64,000 bases of DNA from an uncultured Actinomycetes bacterium (GTDB lineage Bacteria > Actinomycetota > UBA4738 > HRBIN12): assembly GCA_963728735.1 (NCBI GenBank), contig CAVSLX010000021.1, positions 4,518 to 68,517 on the forward strand, in the 5' to 3' direction. Positions within the stretch are counted from its first letter, which is position 1; the number at the start of each line of letters is the position of its first letter. Of this stretch, positions 10,284-20,232 are shown piece after piece. The position numbers were made by a program, and so were the translations under genes. The notes under the pieces are model-generated. The model was not told where the DNA came from, made no database searches, and was given only the letters and a program-made list of their open reading frames with translations.

Positions 10284-12614
10284 GTGGTAGAGAAGGCAGC
10301 GGCCAAGAAGACACCCGCCACCGAGAAGAAGAAGGCCTCCGGCTCGATCGTGGATGCCCTCGCCGGGAAGCGGATCTTCCTCACCGGCGTCACGGGGTTC
10401 CTCGGCCAGGTGATCCTCGAGCGGATGCTGCTCGACTTCCCCGAGACGCACGTGACGACCCTGATCCGGTCCCAGCAGGGGATCGAGCGCCCAGGACCGC
10501 CTGCACTACCTGATCCGCAAGCCGCGTTCGACGTGCTCCGGGAGCGGCATGGTTCCGACGCCGGGATAGTCAAGGTACTTGACCAACAGGTCGACGTGAT
10601 CGACGGGGACTTCTCCCGAAGCGAACCCGACATCCCGGAGGGCATCGACGTCACGATCCACTCGGCGGCGACGGTCAGCTTCGATCCGCCGATCGACGAG
10701 GCGTTCCAGACGAACCTGCTCGGGCGCGCTGAACCTCTACCGCGCGGCGACACGTCACAACCGCCCCGCGCTCGTGCACGTCTCCACCGCCTACGTGGCC
10801 GGGGTCCAGAAGGGCGTCATCCCCGAGGGTCCGCTCGAGCACCGTGTCGACTGGCGCTCGAGGCCGAGCTCGCGCTCGAGCGCGCGCAAGGAGGTCGAGG
10901 CCGCCTCGCGGAAACCCGAGATGCTCGAGCACTTCATGGCGCGCGCCGCGAAGGAGCATTCGCCGCGCCGGCCCGCAGACGGTCGCCAACGACGCCGAGG
11001 AGCGTCGCAAGGAATGGGTCGTCCCGGCGCCTGACCGAATACGGGCGCGCGCGCGCCCGTTCGCTCGGCTGGCCCGACGTCTACACGTTCACGAAGGCGA
11101 TGGGCGAGCGAGCGGTCGAGGAGCTCGCGGCCGCCGAGCGGCTTCCGCTGTCGATCGTGCGGCCCTCGATCATCGAGTCGGCGCTGCTGCATCCGTCGCC
11201 GGGATGGATCGACGGCTTCAAGATGGCGGACCCGATCATCCGCGCGTACGGGCTCGGGCAGATCCCGGAGTTCCCCGGCATCCCCGAAGGGGATCGTCGA
11301 CCTCGATCCCGGTCGACTACGTCGTGAACGCGATCCTCGCGGTCGCCGCGAATCCGCCGGCGGCCGGCGAGGCCGCGCATTACAACGTGTCGTCCGGCTC
11401 GAGGAACCCCCTGCGGTTCTACGAGCTCTACGAGTGGGTCCGCGAGTACTTCGAGGCGCATCCGCTGCCGGAGCGCGGCCGCGGGGAGCACAAGGTGCCG
11501 ACGTGGACGTTCCCCGGGCAACCTCAAGGTCGAGCGCTGCTGCGCCGCGCGGAGCAGTCTGACCGACGTCGCCGAGAAGGTCGTGACGCACCTTCCGAAG
11601 TCGAAGGCGATGCGCGACGCGGTTGCCCGCGTCGATCGCGATCAGGCGCGCGTCGACTTCGTGAAGCGCTACTCCGACCTCTACGGGACCTACACCGAGA
11701 CGGAGGTCGTCTACACCGACGACCGGGTCGTCGAGCCTGTGGGCGCGCATGTCGAAGAAGGACAAGGTTCGGTTCCCGTTCGACGTCGGCACGGTCGACT
11801 GGAAGTACTACCTGCAGGACGTCCACTGCCCGGCGGTGACCCAGTCGCTCCGCGAGCTCTCGCGGCGCGGCCGGGAGCGGCCGACCGTGTGGTCGAGGAG
11901 CGGGAGCAGCCGGTCGCTCGCCGTGTTCGACATGGAGGGGACGATCATCACGTCGAACGTCGTCGAGTCCTACGTCTGGACGAGGATGGCCGACCTCGAG
12001 CCCGAGGATTGGCCGGGGGAGCTCGTCGAGCGTCTTCGGCCGCGTGCCGGGCTACCTGCAGACCGATCGACGGGATCGGGGGGACTTCCTGCGGACGTTC
12101 TTCCGGCGCTTCGAGGGGGCCTCGGTCGCGGGCGTCCAGCGACTGATCGACGCTCACGTCGAGGAGTTCATGCTCCAGAAGGCCTCGGCCGCGGCGCCTC
12201 CGCCGGGTCCGCGAGCATCGCGCCGCCGGGCATCGGACGATCATGATCACGGCCGCCGCCGAGATCTTCGTGCGCCCGCTCTCGCCGCTGTTCGACGTCG
12301 TGATCGGAGCCGAGCTCGAGGTGCGGGACGGGCGCTTCACCGGATTCATGTCGCAACCGCCCCTCGTGGGGGAGGCGCGCGCGGCGTGGCTCCGCCGGTA
12401 CGCATTGCAGGAGGACGTGGATCTGAAGCATTGCTACGCGTACGCGGACTCCTACAGCGACCTTCCGCTGCTGCGGGCGGTGGGCTACCCGGTGGCGGTC
12501 TCGCCGGACTCGGCGCTCTACCGGCACGCGCGCCGGCGGCGCTGGCCGATCGAGGAGTGGTCGATGTCGCGCGGGATGCCGCGTGTCCGGTTCCCGAGGC
12601 CGGCGGTGCGATGA
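10284..12614 (+). pseudogene. Fatty acyl-CoA/ACP reductase (NAD-binding-4, male-sterility type) fused to a HAD-IB hydrolase domain; multiply frameshifted
   Basis: Reductase motifs are IFLTGVTGFLGQ (GxxGxxG), VHVSTAYVAG, YTFTKAMGE (YxxxK) and IVDLIPVDYVVNAI. HAD-IB motifs are AVFDMEGTI and YADSYSDLPLL. At least 7 frame switches occur among ORFs 9618.., 10774.., 10844.., 11583.., 11749.., 12044.. and 12243..12614. Confidence 0.8.
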
Positions 12615-12625
12615 GGATGACCGAG

Positions 12626-13057
12626 CTACTCGTCCAGCGGAGCGCTCCAGCGCAAGCCTGGGAACCGGGCGAAGCCTCGATCGGCCGTGATCCATGTGGC
12701 GGCCTGCTCGATGGCCAGCGCCGCCAGGTACGCGTCGGGCACCGCGTTGCCCTTGGCACCGATCCGTCGGCACAGTTCCGTGAAGATCTCCCAATGCCGC
12801 TCACCGGGAGCGACGGTCAGGGCTGCCGGGGAGCCTCGGAGCGCCGCGGTGAACGCGAGGGCGGTCTCGGGCGGAGTGGGTTCGCGGAAAACGCGGGGGT
12901 TCGTCACGATTCGGAGGAAGCTGCTGAGCACGAGATCACTGAGGCCGAGCGGTTCGGAAGCTCGGCGGGCGTCGTCGAGCCACGTCCGGTAGCGCTCATG
13001 CTCGGGGCTCTCCGAACGGTGGGCATAGATCATGACGTTGACGTCAACGCAACGCAT
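12626..13057 (-). CDS. vapC: Type II toxin VapC (PIN-domain ribonuclease)
   Basis: Intact ORF: MRCVDVNVMIYAHR...SDLVLSSFLRIVTNPRVF...VPDAYLAALAIEQAATWITADRGFARF. Its ATG at 13057 overlaps the antitoxin stop (atgcgttgcgttga). Confidence 0.85.
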   Translation of the reverse strand: MRCVDVNVMIYAHRSESPEHERYRTWLDDARRASEPLGLSDLVLSSFLRIVTNPRVFREPTPPETALAFTAALRGSPAALTVAPGERHWEIFTELCRRIGAKGNAVPDAYLAALAIEQAATWITADRGFARFPGLRWSAPLDE

Positions 13058-13305
13058 CGAGCTCTTCCCCCTCATCCATCAGATCCCGGAGCCTCGCGTT
13101 GTCTGCGAGATCGACGCCGGGCATCGTGCCGCTGCCACCGAACGTCGGGAGGGCCGGGAGATCCTCGGGAGGGGGAGCGATACTCGGACATCGAGCAGCG
13201 TTCGGACCGCATCCTCGATCACGTCGCTCACGGTGCGGCCGGAGCGCGCGGCAGCGCTTTGGTGCGTCGATAGAGGCCCACGTCGATGCGGATGGTCGTC
13301 CTCAT
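13044..13305 (-). pseudogene. vapB: VapB-type antitoxin (ribbon-helix-helix), two frameshifts
   Basis: My own three-frame translation gives MRTTIRIDVGLYRRTKA / SAAARSGRTVSDVIEDAVRTLLD / PEDLPALPTFGGSGTMPGVDLADNARLRDLMDEGEELDALR*, with ATG at 13305. Confidence 0.7.
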
Positions 13306-13372
13306 GGATGGAGCATAATGGCATCAGACTGACGCATCAAGATGTCGTAGGGAACCGGCCGGAGCCATCGGC

Positions 13373-14604
13373 ATGAGCACCCTCGCGTTGCAGTACTTCC
13401 GGTCAGCGCGCCGCGGTACTTCGGGGCGCGCACGATCGGCGGCAAGCTCCCCGGGCTCCTCTCCGGGCCGCTCGCGGCGCTCCGGCTCGCCACGCTGCCG
13501 GACGTGGACGTGCCGACCCGTTCCGGGTGGGCGCGGGTCAAGCCCCGCCTGTCGGGGATCTGCGGTTCCGATCTCGCGACGATCGCCGGACGGACCTCCT
13601 TCTACTTCTCCCCGCTCGTGTCGCTGCCGTTCGTGCCGGGCCACGAGGTCGCCGGCGAGCTCCTCGACGACTGCGAGGACCTGCCGGCCGGCACGCGCGT
13701 CGTGCTCGTCGAGCGTGCTCGCGTGCGCGGCCCGGGGCGAGGACCCGCCGTGCGACAACTGCGCGGCCGGGCGCACGGGGCGCTGCGACCGCGTGACGGT
13801 GGGCCACCTGAAACCCGGGCTGCAGACCGGCTACTGCGCCGAGACCGGCGGTGGATGGAGCCGCGCGTTGCTCGCCCACCGCTCGCAGCTGTTCGCGGTG
13901 CCCGAGGCGATGACCGACCGAGCAGGCCGTGCTCGTCGAGCCGTTCGCCTGCGCGATCCACGCGGCGCTGCGGGCCGAAGATCGCCAAGGGCGACCTCGT
14001 GCTCGATCGTCGGCGCCGGCACGGTCGGCATGCTCACACTCATCGCCGTCCGGATGTTCACCCAGGCGAGCCACGTGACGGTCGCCGCGAAGCACCAACG
14101 GCAGCGCGCCGCCGCCACGATGGCCGGGGCCGACGAGATCGATCCGGCCCGAGCACGCGACGAAGGCGGTCCGCCGGGACGCCCGCGCGGTGAAGCTCAC
14201 GCCCGAGCGCGGGCCCGGAGTTCCTGCTCGGCGGCGTCGACGTCGCGATCGAGTCGACCGGGCTCGCGCCGGGGGCTCGACCAGGCGCTCCGCGCGACGA
14301 AGGCGGGCGGCAGGGTCGTGCTTCGCCGGGATCCCCGAGGGCGGCGCGGACCTCACGCCGGTGTGGTTCCGCGAGCTCGAGCTCGTCGGGGCCTACGCTG
14401 CCGAGCAGCGACGAGGCGTTCCCCGATGCGGGGGAGCCGAGGCCGACGTTCGAGGTCGCGATCGAGTCGGCGGCGAACCTTCCGATCCTGGAACAGCTCG
14501 TCGGCGCCACGTACCCGCTCGACCGGTGGCGGGAGGCGATCGACCACGCGATGGCGGCCGGCTAGCTCGGCACGTTCAGGGTGGCCTTCGCGCCGCAGGA
14601 ATAG
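13373..14604 (+). pseudogene. Zinc-dependent alcohol dehydrogenase (MDR family); frameshifted, plus an in-frame TAG at 14563-14565
   Basis: Motifs seen: RLSGICGSDL, FVPGHEVAGEL, CDNCAAGRTGRC (structural Zn Cys cluster), IVGAGTVGML. After TAG the same frame reads LGTFRVAFAPQE* (stop 14602-14604). Confidence 0.75.
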
Positions 14605-14647
14605 GCGAATAGCCGAAGAGCCAAGGAAGACAGGAGACCTCGACACC

Positions 14648-16243
14648 ATGCCCCGACCGGGATTCGTGATGGAAGTCGACGAGCGGACGCCGCCGCTCCT
14701 GGTGAACCAGGGCGAGGGGTTCCGGATGCAGTCGTTCCCGCTCGGGACCCGCGTGATCTATCCGCCGGACGCCTTGCCGGGCGTACCCGACGTGCAACGC
14801 CGAGATCCGGCGGCGCGCTCACGTCGCCGCTCGGGGACTCCAAGCCCCTGCCGGAGCTCCTGTTCGCCGGGCATGAAGCTCACGATCGCGATCGACGACA
14901 TCTCGATCCCGCTGCCGCCGATGCGGACGCCCGACATCCGCCAGCGGATCCTCGAGCACGTGATCGAGCTGGCGGCCCGCAAAGGCGTCGAGGACGTCGA
15001 GCTGATCGTCGCGACAGCTCTGCACCGCCGGATGACCGCCCGTGAGATCCGGCGGATGGTCGGGGAGCGGGTGTTCCGGTCGTTCTGGCCGGACCGCCTG
15101 TACAACTTCGACGCCGAGGACAAGCGACGCGCTCGCCGACTTCGGCACGACCGACGAGGGTGAGGAGGTCGAGATCTCGAAGCCGCGCCGCCGAGAGCGA
15201 CCTGATCGTCTACGTGAACATCAACCTCGTCGCGATGGACGGGGGCCACAAGTCGGTCGCGGTCGGCCTCGCCGAGCTACCGATCGCTCCGCCATCACCA
15301 CAACGTGCACACGATGCTGCACTCGAAGTCGTACATGGATCCGAGGGAGGGACAGAGCGCGATCAACGACTCCGCTGACCGGATGGGCCGCAAGCTCGCG
15401 GCCGACGGCGTGAAGCGTCTTCCAGATCGAGACGACGCTGAACAGCGAGACGTTCCCGTCGAACATGGGGTTCCTGAACAAGCGCGAGTGGGAATGGGCC
15501 GTCGGACCAGGCGCTGATGATGGCGGCGAAGAAGGCGAACGACCTCGGCGCCGCCACGGGTGCGTCGGGAGTTCTTCCGGCGCATCGAGGCTCCCTACAG
15601 GGTGACGGGCGTGAACGGCGGCGAGGTCGAGGCGGTCCACGCGCGGACCCTCGAGAACCTGCACCGTCAGCAGCTCGTCGAGGTCCAGGGGCAGAGCGAC
15701 ATCGCGATCTTCGGCATCCCCTACCTCGGGCCCTACAACGTGAACTCGATCCTGAACCCGATCCTCGTGCACTGCCTCGGCCTCGGCTACCTGTTCAACA
15801 TGTACCGGAACCAGCCGATCGTGCGGAAGGGCGGCGTCGCGATCCTGTTCCATCCGGTGCCGTGGGAGTTCCACCAGATCCATCACCCCTCGTACATCGA
15901 CTTCTTCGAGGAGGTCCTCGCCGAGACGACCGACCCGAAGACGATCGAGACGAAGTTCGAGGAGCGCTACGCGACCGACCCGTGGTACGTGCACCTGTAC
16001 CGGACGTCGCATGCGTACCACGGCGTGCATCCGTTCTACATGTGGTACTGGGGAGCACACGGGCGAGATCACGTCGGCGACGTGATCTTCGTCGGCGGCG
16101 AGCCGAAGTCGGTGGCGCGGCTCGGTTACCGGCGCGCCGACTCGCTGCGCGACGCGCTCGAGATGGCGAAGGACACGGTCGGAAGCTCGCCGTCGATCAC
16201 GTACTTCCACGCGCCCCCGATCATGATCGCGGACGTGCGCTGA
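14648..16243 (+). pseudogene. Lactate-racemase-domain (LarA-like, DUF2088) protein; frameshifted
   Basis: ATG 14648 follows aggaga. MKLTIAIDDISIPLPPMRTPDIRQRILEHVIELAARKGVEDVELIVATALHRRMT fits the LarA N-terminal domain. The C-terminal 227 aa (15560..16243) are intact and end PPIMIADVR*. Confidence 0.7.
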
Positions 16244-16271
16244 GTGCGAGTGACGCGACGAGCTGAAGGCG

Positions 16272-17160
16272 ATGGCGTCGGGGTTCCGATGGGGGCGCCG
16301 GCCGATGGTGCCGCGCTCGGCAGAGCCGTTCGTCGAGGAGGTCGACGACGAAGGGTTCCCGACCGACTGGGCCAGGACGCGCGCAGGAACCGCTGCACGG
16401 CAAGTACTCCTGAACGGCGTGATGGGGCCGATGACCAGGAGCCAGGTCGCGATGCGCGTGTACGGGGTCGACGCGCTCGCGGGCATCGAGGGGCCGCTGA
16501 TCTTCTTCTCGAACCACGCGAGCCACCTCGACGCGACGCTGATCATGTGTTCGCTGCCGGAGCGCTGGCAGAAGGAGACGGCGGTGGGCGCGGCGCGCGA
16601 CTACTTCTTCGACGTGTGGTGGCGCCAGGCGTTCATCGCGCTCGTCTACGGGGGGTTCGCGATCGACCGGGCGAAAGGCGGGACCGGCGCGATCGACAAG
16701 GCGCGCGACCTCTTGCTCGACGGGTGGTCGCTCGTCGTGTTCCCCGAGGGGACGAGGTCGCCAGGACGGGCACATGCAGCGGTTCCGCCACGGGGCGTCG
16801 CGCCTCGCGATCGAGATGCGGGGTGGGCGTGGCGCCGATCGCGATCGTGGGTGCGTTCCAGGCGATGCCGAAGGGCCGGCTCTGGCCGCGTCCCGGACGG
16901 CCGCCGGTGACGGTGCGCTACGGCGACGTGCTGTTCCCGGAGGAGGGCGAGTCGCACCAGCGCTGTCGGCTCGGATGCAGACGTCGGTCGATGGAGCTGT
17001 TCGACGAGGATCGCTCGACGTGGTTCGAGGCGGTCGCGCGGGCGGCGCGGGACGAGACGCCGTCGCTGGCCGGGCCGCTCGGTGCCCGGCGTGGCTCCGG
17101 ACCTGGGAGGGCACGCGCCCGGTGCCGCGGCGCGGCCGTCCGAAGACCTGGAAGCGCTGA
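16272..17160 (+). pseudogene. PlsC-type 1-acyl-sn-glycerol-3-phosphate acyltransferase-like protein; frameshifted
   Basis: FFSNHASHLDA (HX4D) and VVFPEGTRSPG motifs, followed by VGVAPIAIVGAFQAMPKG in a second frame. Confidence 0.75.
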
Positions 17161-17175
17161 GGTCGGGAGGGACGG

Positions 17176-17806
17176 ATGCCGCGCGGAGGCGGGAGCGAGC
17201 GGCGGGGCACGCTCGTCGAGGAGGCGATCCGGCAGATCGGCCGCGAGGGCTACAAGGGAGCGTCGCTCGAGTCGATCGCGTCGGCCGTCGGGGTCCGGAA
17301 GCAGACGCTGCTCTACTACTTCCCCACGAAGGATGCGCTGCTCGAGGCGTGCCTCGCGGCGGCCGGTGAGCGGCTGGCGAGCGACCTCGCGGCGGCCTTG
17401 AGGGCAAGGAGTCGTACTGGGAGAGGGCCGAGGCCGTGCTCCACGCGGTGTTCGGTCTCGCGGCGGAATGGCCAGAGTTCCCGATGTTCATCCGCGAGGC
17501 GGGGCGCCTGGGCCCGGAGGCGTTCGACCGGTTCGCCGCGGTGATCGACCCCTTGCGCGAGCGCGCGCGGTGGCGTTCCTGCAGGCGGGGATGGACGCCG
17601 GCGAGGTGCGGAAACAGGATCCGGCGCTCCTGCTGTTCACGCTGTACACCGCGGTGGTGGGCGCGCTCAGCGAGGCGAGCGTGCTGCACGCCGTGATGGG
17701 CGGCGACAAGTCGCGGGCGTCGCTGCGGCGTCGCGAGGTGGAGACGTTGGCGTTCGTGCGTGCGGCGCTTCGACCGCCGGAGGACGTGAGCACCGCACCA
17801 GCGTGA
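17176..17806 (+). pseudogene. TetR/AcrR-family transcriptional regulator; frameshifted
   Basis: N-terminal HTH is GASLESIASAVGVRKQTLLYYFPTKDALLEA. The C-terminal part is in ORF 17468..17806. It lies directly downstream of the acyltransferase. Confidence 0.75.
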
Positions 17807-17836
17807 GCACCGCACCAGCGTGAGCACCGCAACAGG
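17786..17836. repeat. Three tandem copies of a 17-bp unit (gtgagcaccgcaccagc), with an inverted partial copy at ~17961-17973
   Basis: Copies lie at 17786-17802, 17803-17819 and 17820-17836 (degenerate). The TetR stop codon lies in copy 2. ttggtgcggtgc at ~17961 is the reverse complement (11 of 12). Confidence 0.8.
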
Positions 17837-18015
17837 TGGACGGCAAGGTCGGGGTTCCCGGGGCTCCCGAGTGTGCACATGTTTCCGACCTGCGACTGCG
17901 GTCGAGTCCGTGAACAGGTGCGCGACTCCACCCCTGCGACAGCATCGAGGTAGGTGACCACTTGGTGCGGTGCCATGGGTGCCGCCGACGAGGGCGACCC
18001 GGGAGACGAACCTCC

Positions 18016-18621
18016 CTAGGAGTAGAACTCGACGACGAGGCGTTCTTCGACGTCGACCGGGAGCGGGATCTCGCTCCGCTCCGGGTAGCCGCGTCATCGT
18101 GCCCGAGACCTCGTCCTTGTTCCGGTAGAGGTAGGCCGGCGGGTCGCCGTGACCTCGAGCGACTCGCGGACCGAGATGAAGTTCCGCGCGCTTGGGGGTG
18201 AGCTCGATCGTCGAGTCTCCCTTGACCTGTGCGCTCGGCACGTTCACGCTTCTGACCGTTCACGAGCACGTGGCTGTGCGACACCAGCTGGCGGGCCTGG
18301 CGCACCGTCTGGGCGAAGCCGAGCCGGAGGATCACCGTGTCGAGGCGGGTCTCGAGCTGGCGGATCATCTCCTCGCCGGTCACCCCACGATGCTGCGCCG
18401 CCTTGTCGTAGTAGCCGCGCATCTGGCTTCTCGTTCACGCCGTAGATCGCCCGCAGCTTCTGCTTCTCGAGCAGTCGGGTCTGGTACTCGGAGATCCGCT
18501 TGCGTCCACGGCCGTGCAGGCCGGGTGGATAAGGCCGCTTGTTGGCGGCACAATTGGGGCGCCCACACAAGGGCGCGCCGACGCGACGACAGGTACGGTG
18601 CTTGGGGCCGATCTTCTGCAT
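18016..18621 (-). pseudogene. rpsD: 30S ribosomal protein S4; frameshifted (almost certainly sequence error)
   Basis: Three frames concatenate to MQKIGPKHRTCRRVG...PPGLHGRGRKRISEYQTRLLEKQKLRAIYGVNE / ...MIRQLETRLDTVILRLGFAQTVRQARQLVSHSHVLVNG / VNVPSAQVKGDSTIELTPK...PERSEIPLPVDVEERLVVEFYS*. Confidence 0.9.
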
Positions 18622-18630
18622 AACGAGGGT

Positions 18631-18882
18631 CTACGCTACCAGACGCTTGATCGCGAGCCAGGCCCCCGCGAGCACCCCAACCGAGGCGACCACCAGCACG
18701 ATCGCCATCCGGCGCCGTCCGGTCGGACGCAGGAACCACGGTGCCGACCAGGCCGTCAGCAGTCCCCCGAGCACCACGCCCCACCACTGCCAGTCGGCGA
18801 TCGGCGCGACCCCGGGGCGGTCGAGCGCCATGGCGATCGAAGCGAGCGCGCTTCCGCCGACCGCGAGGCCGGCGAGCAGCAC
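18631..18882 (-). CDS. Small two-span membrane protein (hypothetical); start uncertain
   Basis: C-terminal part of ORF 18631..19476: VLLAGLAVGGSALASIAMALDRPGVAPIADWQWWGVVLGGLLTAWSAPWFL...MAIVLVVASVGVLAGAWLAIKRLVA*. The longer ORF overlaps the divergent gene, so I took the GTG at 18882. Confidence 0.35.
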   Translation of the reverse strand: MLLAGLAVGGSALASIAMALDRPGVAPIADWQWWGVVLGGLLTAWSAPWFLRPTGRRRMAIVLVVASVGVLAGAWLAIKRLVA

Positions 18883-19006
18883 CGCGAGGCCGACGCCGTT
18901 CCGCCGCTCGTGCGCCTCTAGCCGTTCCCGCTCTTCGAGCCGCTCCGCGGCGTCCCAGGACCCTGCCACGCTCCGAGCATCCCACGGTGCCCCGTACGAT
19001 GCCGCG

Positions 19007-19916
19007 ATGCGCACCCGGGATCGGGCCGTCGGCGCCCTCCTCGGCCTCGCGGTCGGCGACGCGCTCGGCGCGCCGTTCGAGTTCCGTCGACGGGCCGACA
19101 TCCCCGATCCGCTGCCGGCGTTCGAGCTGCCGTGGAAGGGTTTCCCACCCGGCACGTGGACCGACGACACCTCGATGGCTCGCAACCTGTGGCGTTCGCT
19201 CGCCGATATGCGCGGCGTCCTCGATCTCGACGACGTGATCCGCCGGCACCTCGAATGGTTCTCGACCGATCCACTCGACATCGGGATCCAGACTCGCCTC
19301 GCGCTCGCCGAGCACGCGCGCGGCACCGCCGACGCCGGGCTCGCCGTCTTCCGGCGGCGAGGTCCAGAGGTCAGCGCGGGGAACGGCTCCGTGATGTACT
19401 GCGCTCCCCTCGGCGTCGTCCGGGCGTTCGAGCCCGAGCGCCTGCACGACGAGGCGCCGGCGCTGTCGGCGATCACCCATCACGACGGGCGCTGCCGAAC
19501 CGCCTGCCTCGCCGTGACGCTCGCGGTTGCGGCGCTCGTCCGGGGCGAGGCGCCCGACCGCGCCGTGCTCGACGCGATCGCCGCGGTCCAAGAGCTCGAA
19601 GGAGGCGAGGAGCTCGAGTTCCTCGTCGGCGAGGCCGGTCGCGCCCGCCCGCTCGACGGCCCCGACCTCGGCTTCGCCCTGTTCACGGCCGCGATCGGGC
19701 TCCAGGTCGTCGGCGAGGGAAGGGACTCCGAGGAGGGACTCCGGCACGTCGTCGGGCTCGGTGGCGACACCGACACGAACGCGGCGGTCGCCGGCGCGCT
19801 GCTCGGGGCGCGCGCACGGCCTCGCCGGTCTCCCGGCCGCCTGGCTGGCGGTGCTCGCACACGCCGAGGCCCTCCGGGTCGAGGCGGAAACGCTCGCCGA
19901 CCTCGTGACGGGCTAG
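19007..19916 (+). pseudogene. ADP-ribosylglycohydrolase family protein; one frameshift near 19808
   Basis: MRTRDRAVGALLGLAVGDALGAPFEF...GTWTDDTSMA...GLGGDTDTNAAVAGALLGA, then GLAGLPAAWL...LVTG* in ORF 19527..19916. Confidence 0.8.
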
Positions 19917-19986
19917 GCTCGGAGCCGAGGCGTCGGAGGACGCCACGGAGGAGCGAGCCCAAGAGGAGCCCCACGGAGGAGCCGAG

Positions 19987-20193
19987 ATGAGCGACACGCT
20001 GCCGACCGAACCCGACGAGATCTTCGAGCTCGTGATCAAGGCCGACGAGAAGCTCAAGTACGCGACGGCGGCCAACGCGGACGTGCGACGGGCGCAGGCG
20101 AGGGAGCTGCTCGAGCTGGCCCGCGACGCCGCCTCCGCGATCGGGAACGACGGGCTCGTCGCCCAGGCCGAAACCCGGCTCGTGGACCTCTGA
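19987..20193 (+). CDS. Small helical hypothetical protein (68 aa)
   Basis: Intact ORF with ATG preceded by ggagga. No family recognised. Confidence 0.45.
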   Translation: MSDTLPTEPDEIFELVIKADEKLKYATAANADVRRAQARELLELARDAASAIGNDGLVAQAETRLVDL

Positions 20194-20232
20194 GGCGACG
20201 CTCGCTCGCGCGTCGGTCGCAGCTCACCGGCG

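Noticed and set aside
8080-10314. Very long antisense or alternative-frame ORFs (also 16646..18247, 18380..19747, 26675..28453, 34478..36748 and 42862..46185)
   Set aside because: These are Arg/Pro/Gly/Asp-rich low-information translations lying opposite or out of frame to genes with clear family motifs. Such shadow ORFs are expected in DNA this GC-rich.
1-19916. Frameshifts as programmed recoding or genuine pseudogene decay
   Set aside because: They affect nearly every gene, including rpsD. They occur at non-slippery sites, sometimes as compensating pairs a few dozen bases apart, and they vanish completely in the adjacent 27 kb. This pattern fits consensus errors.
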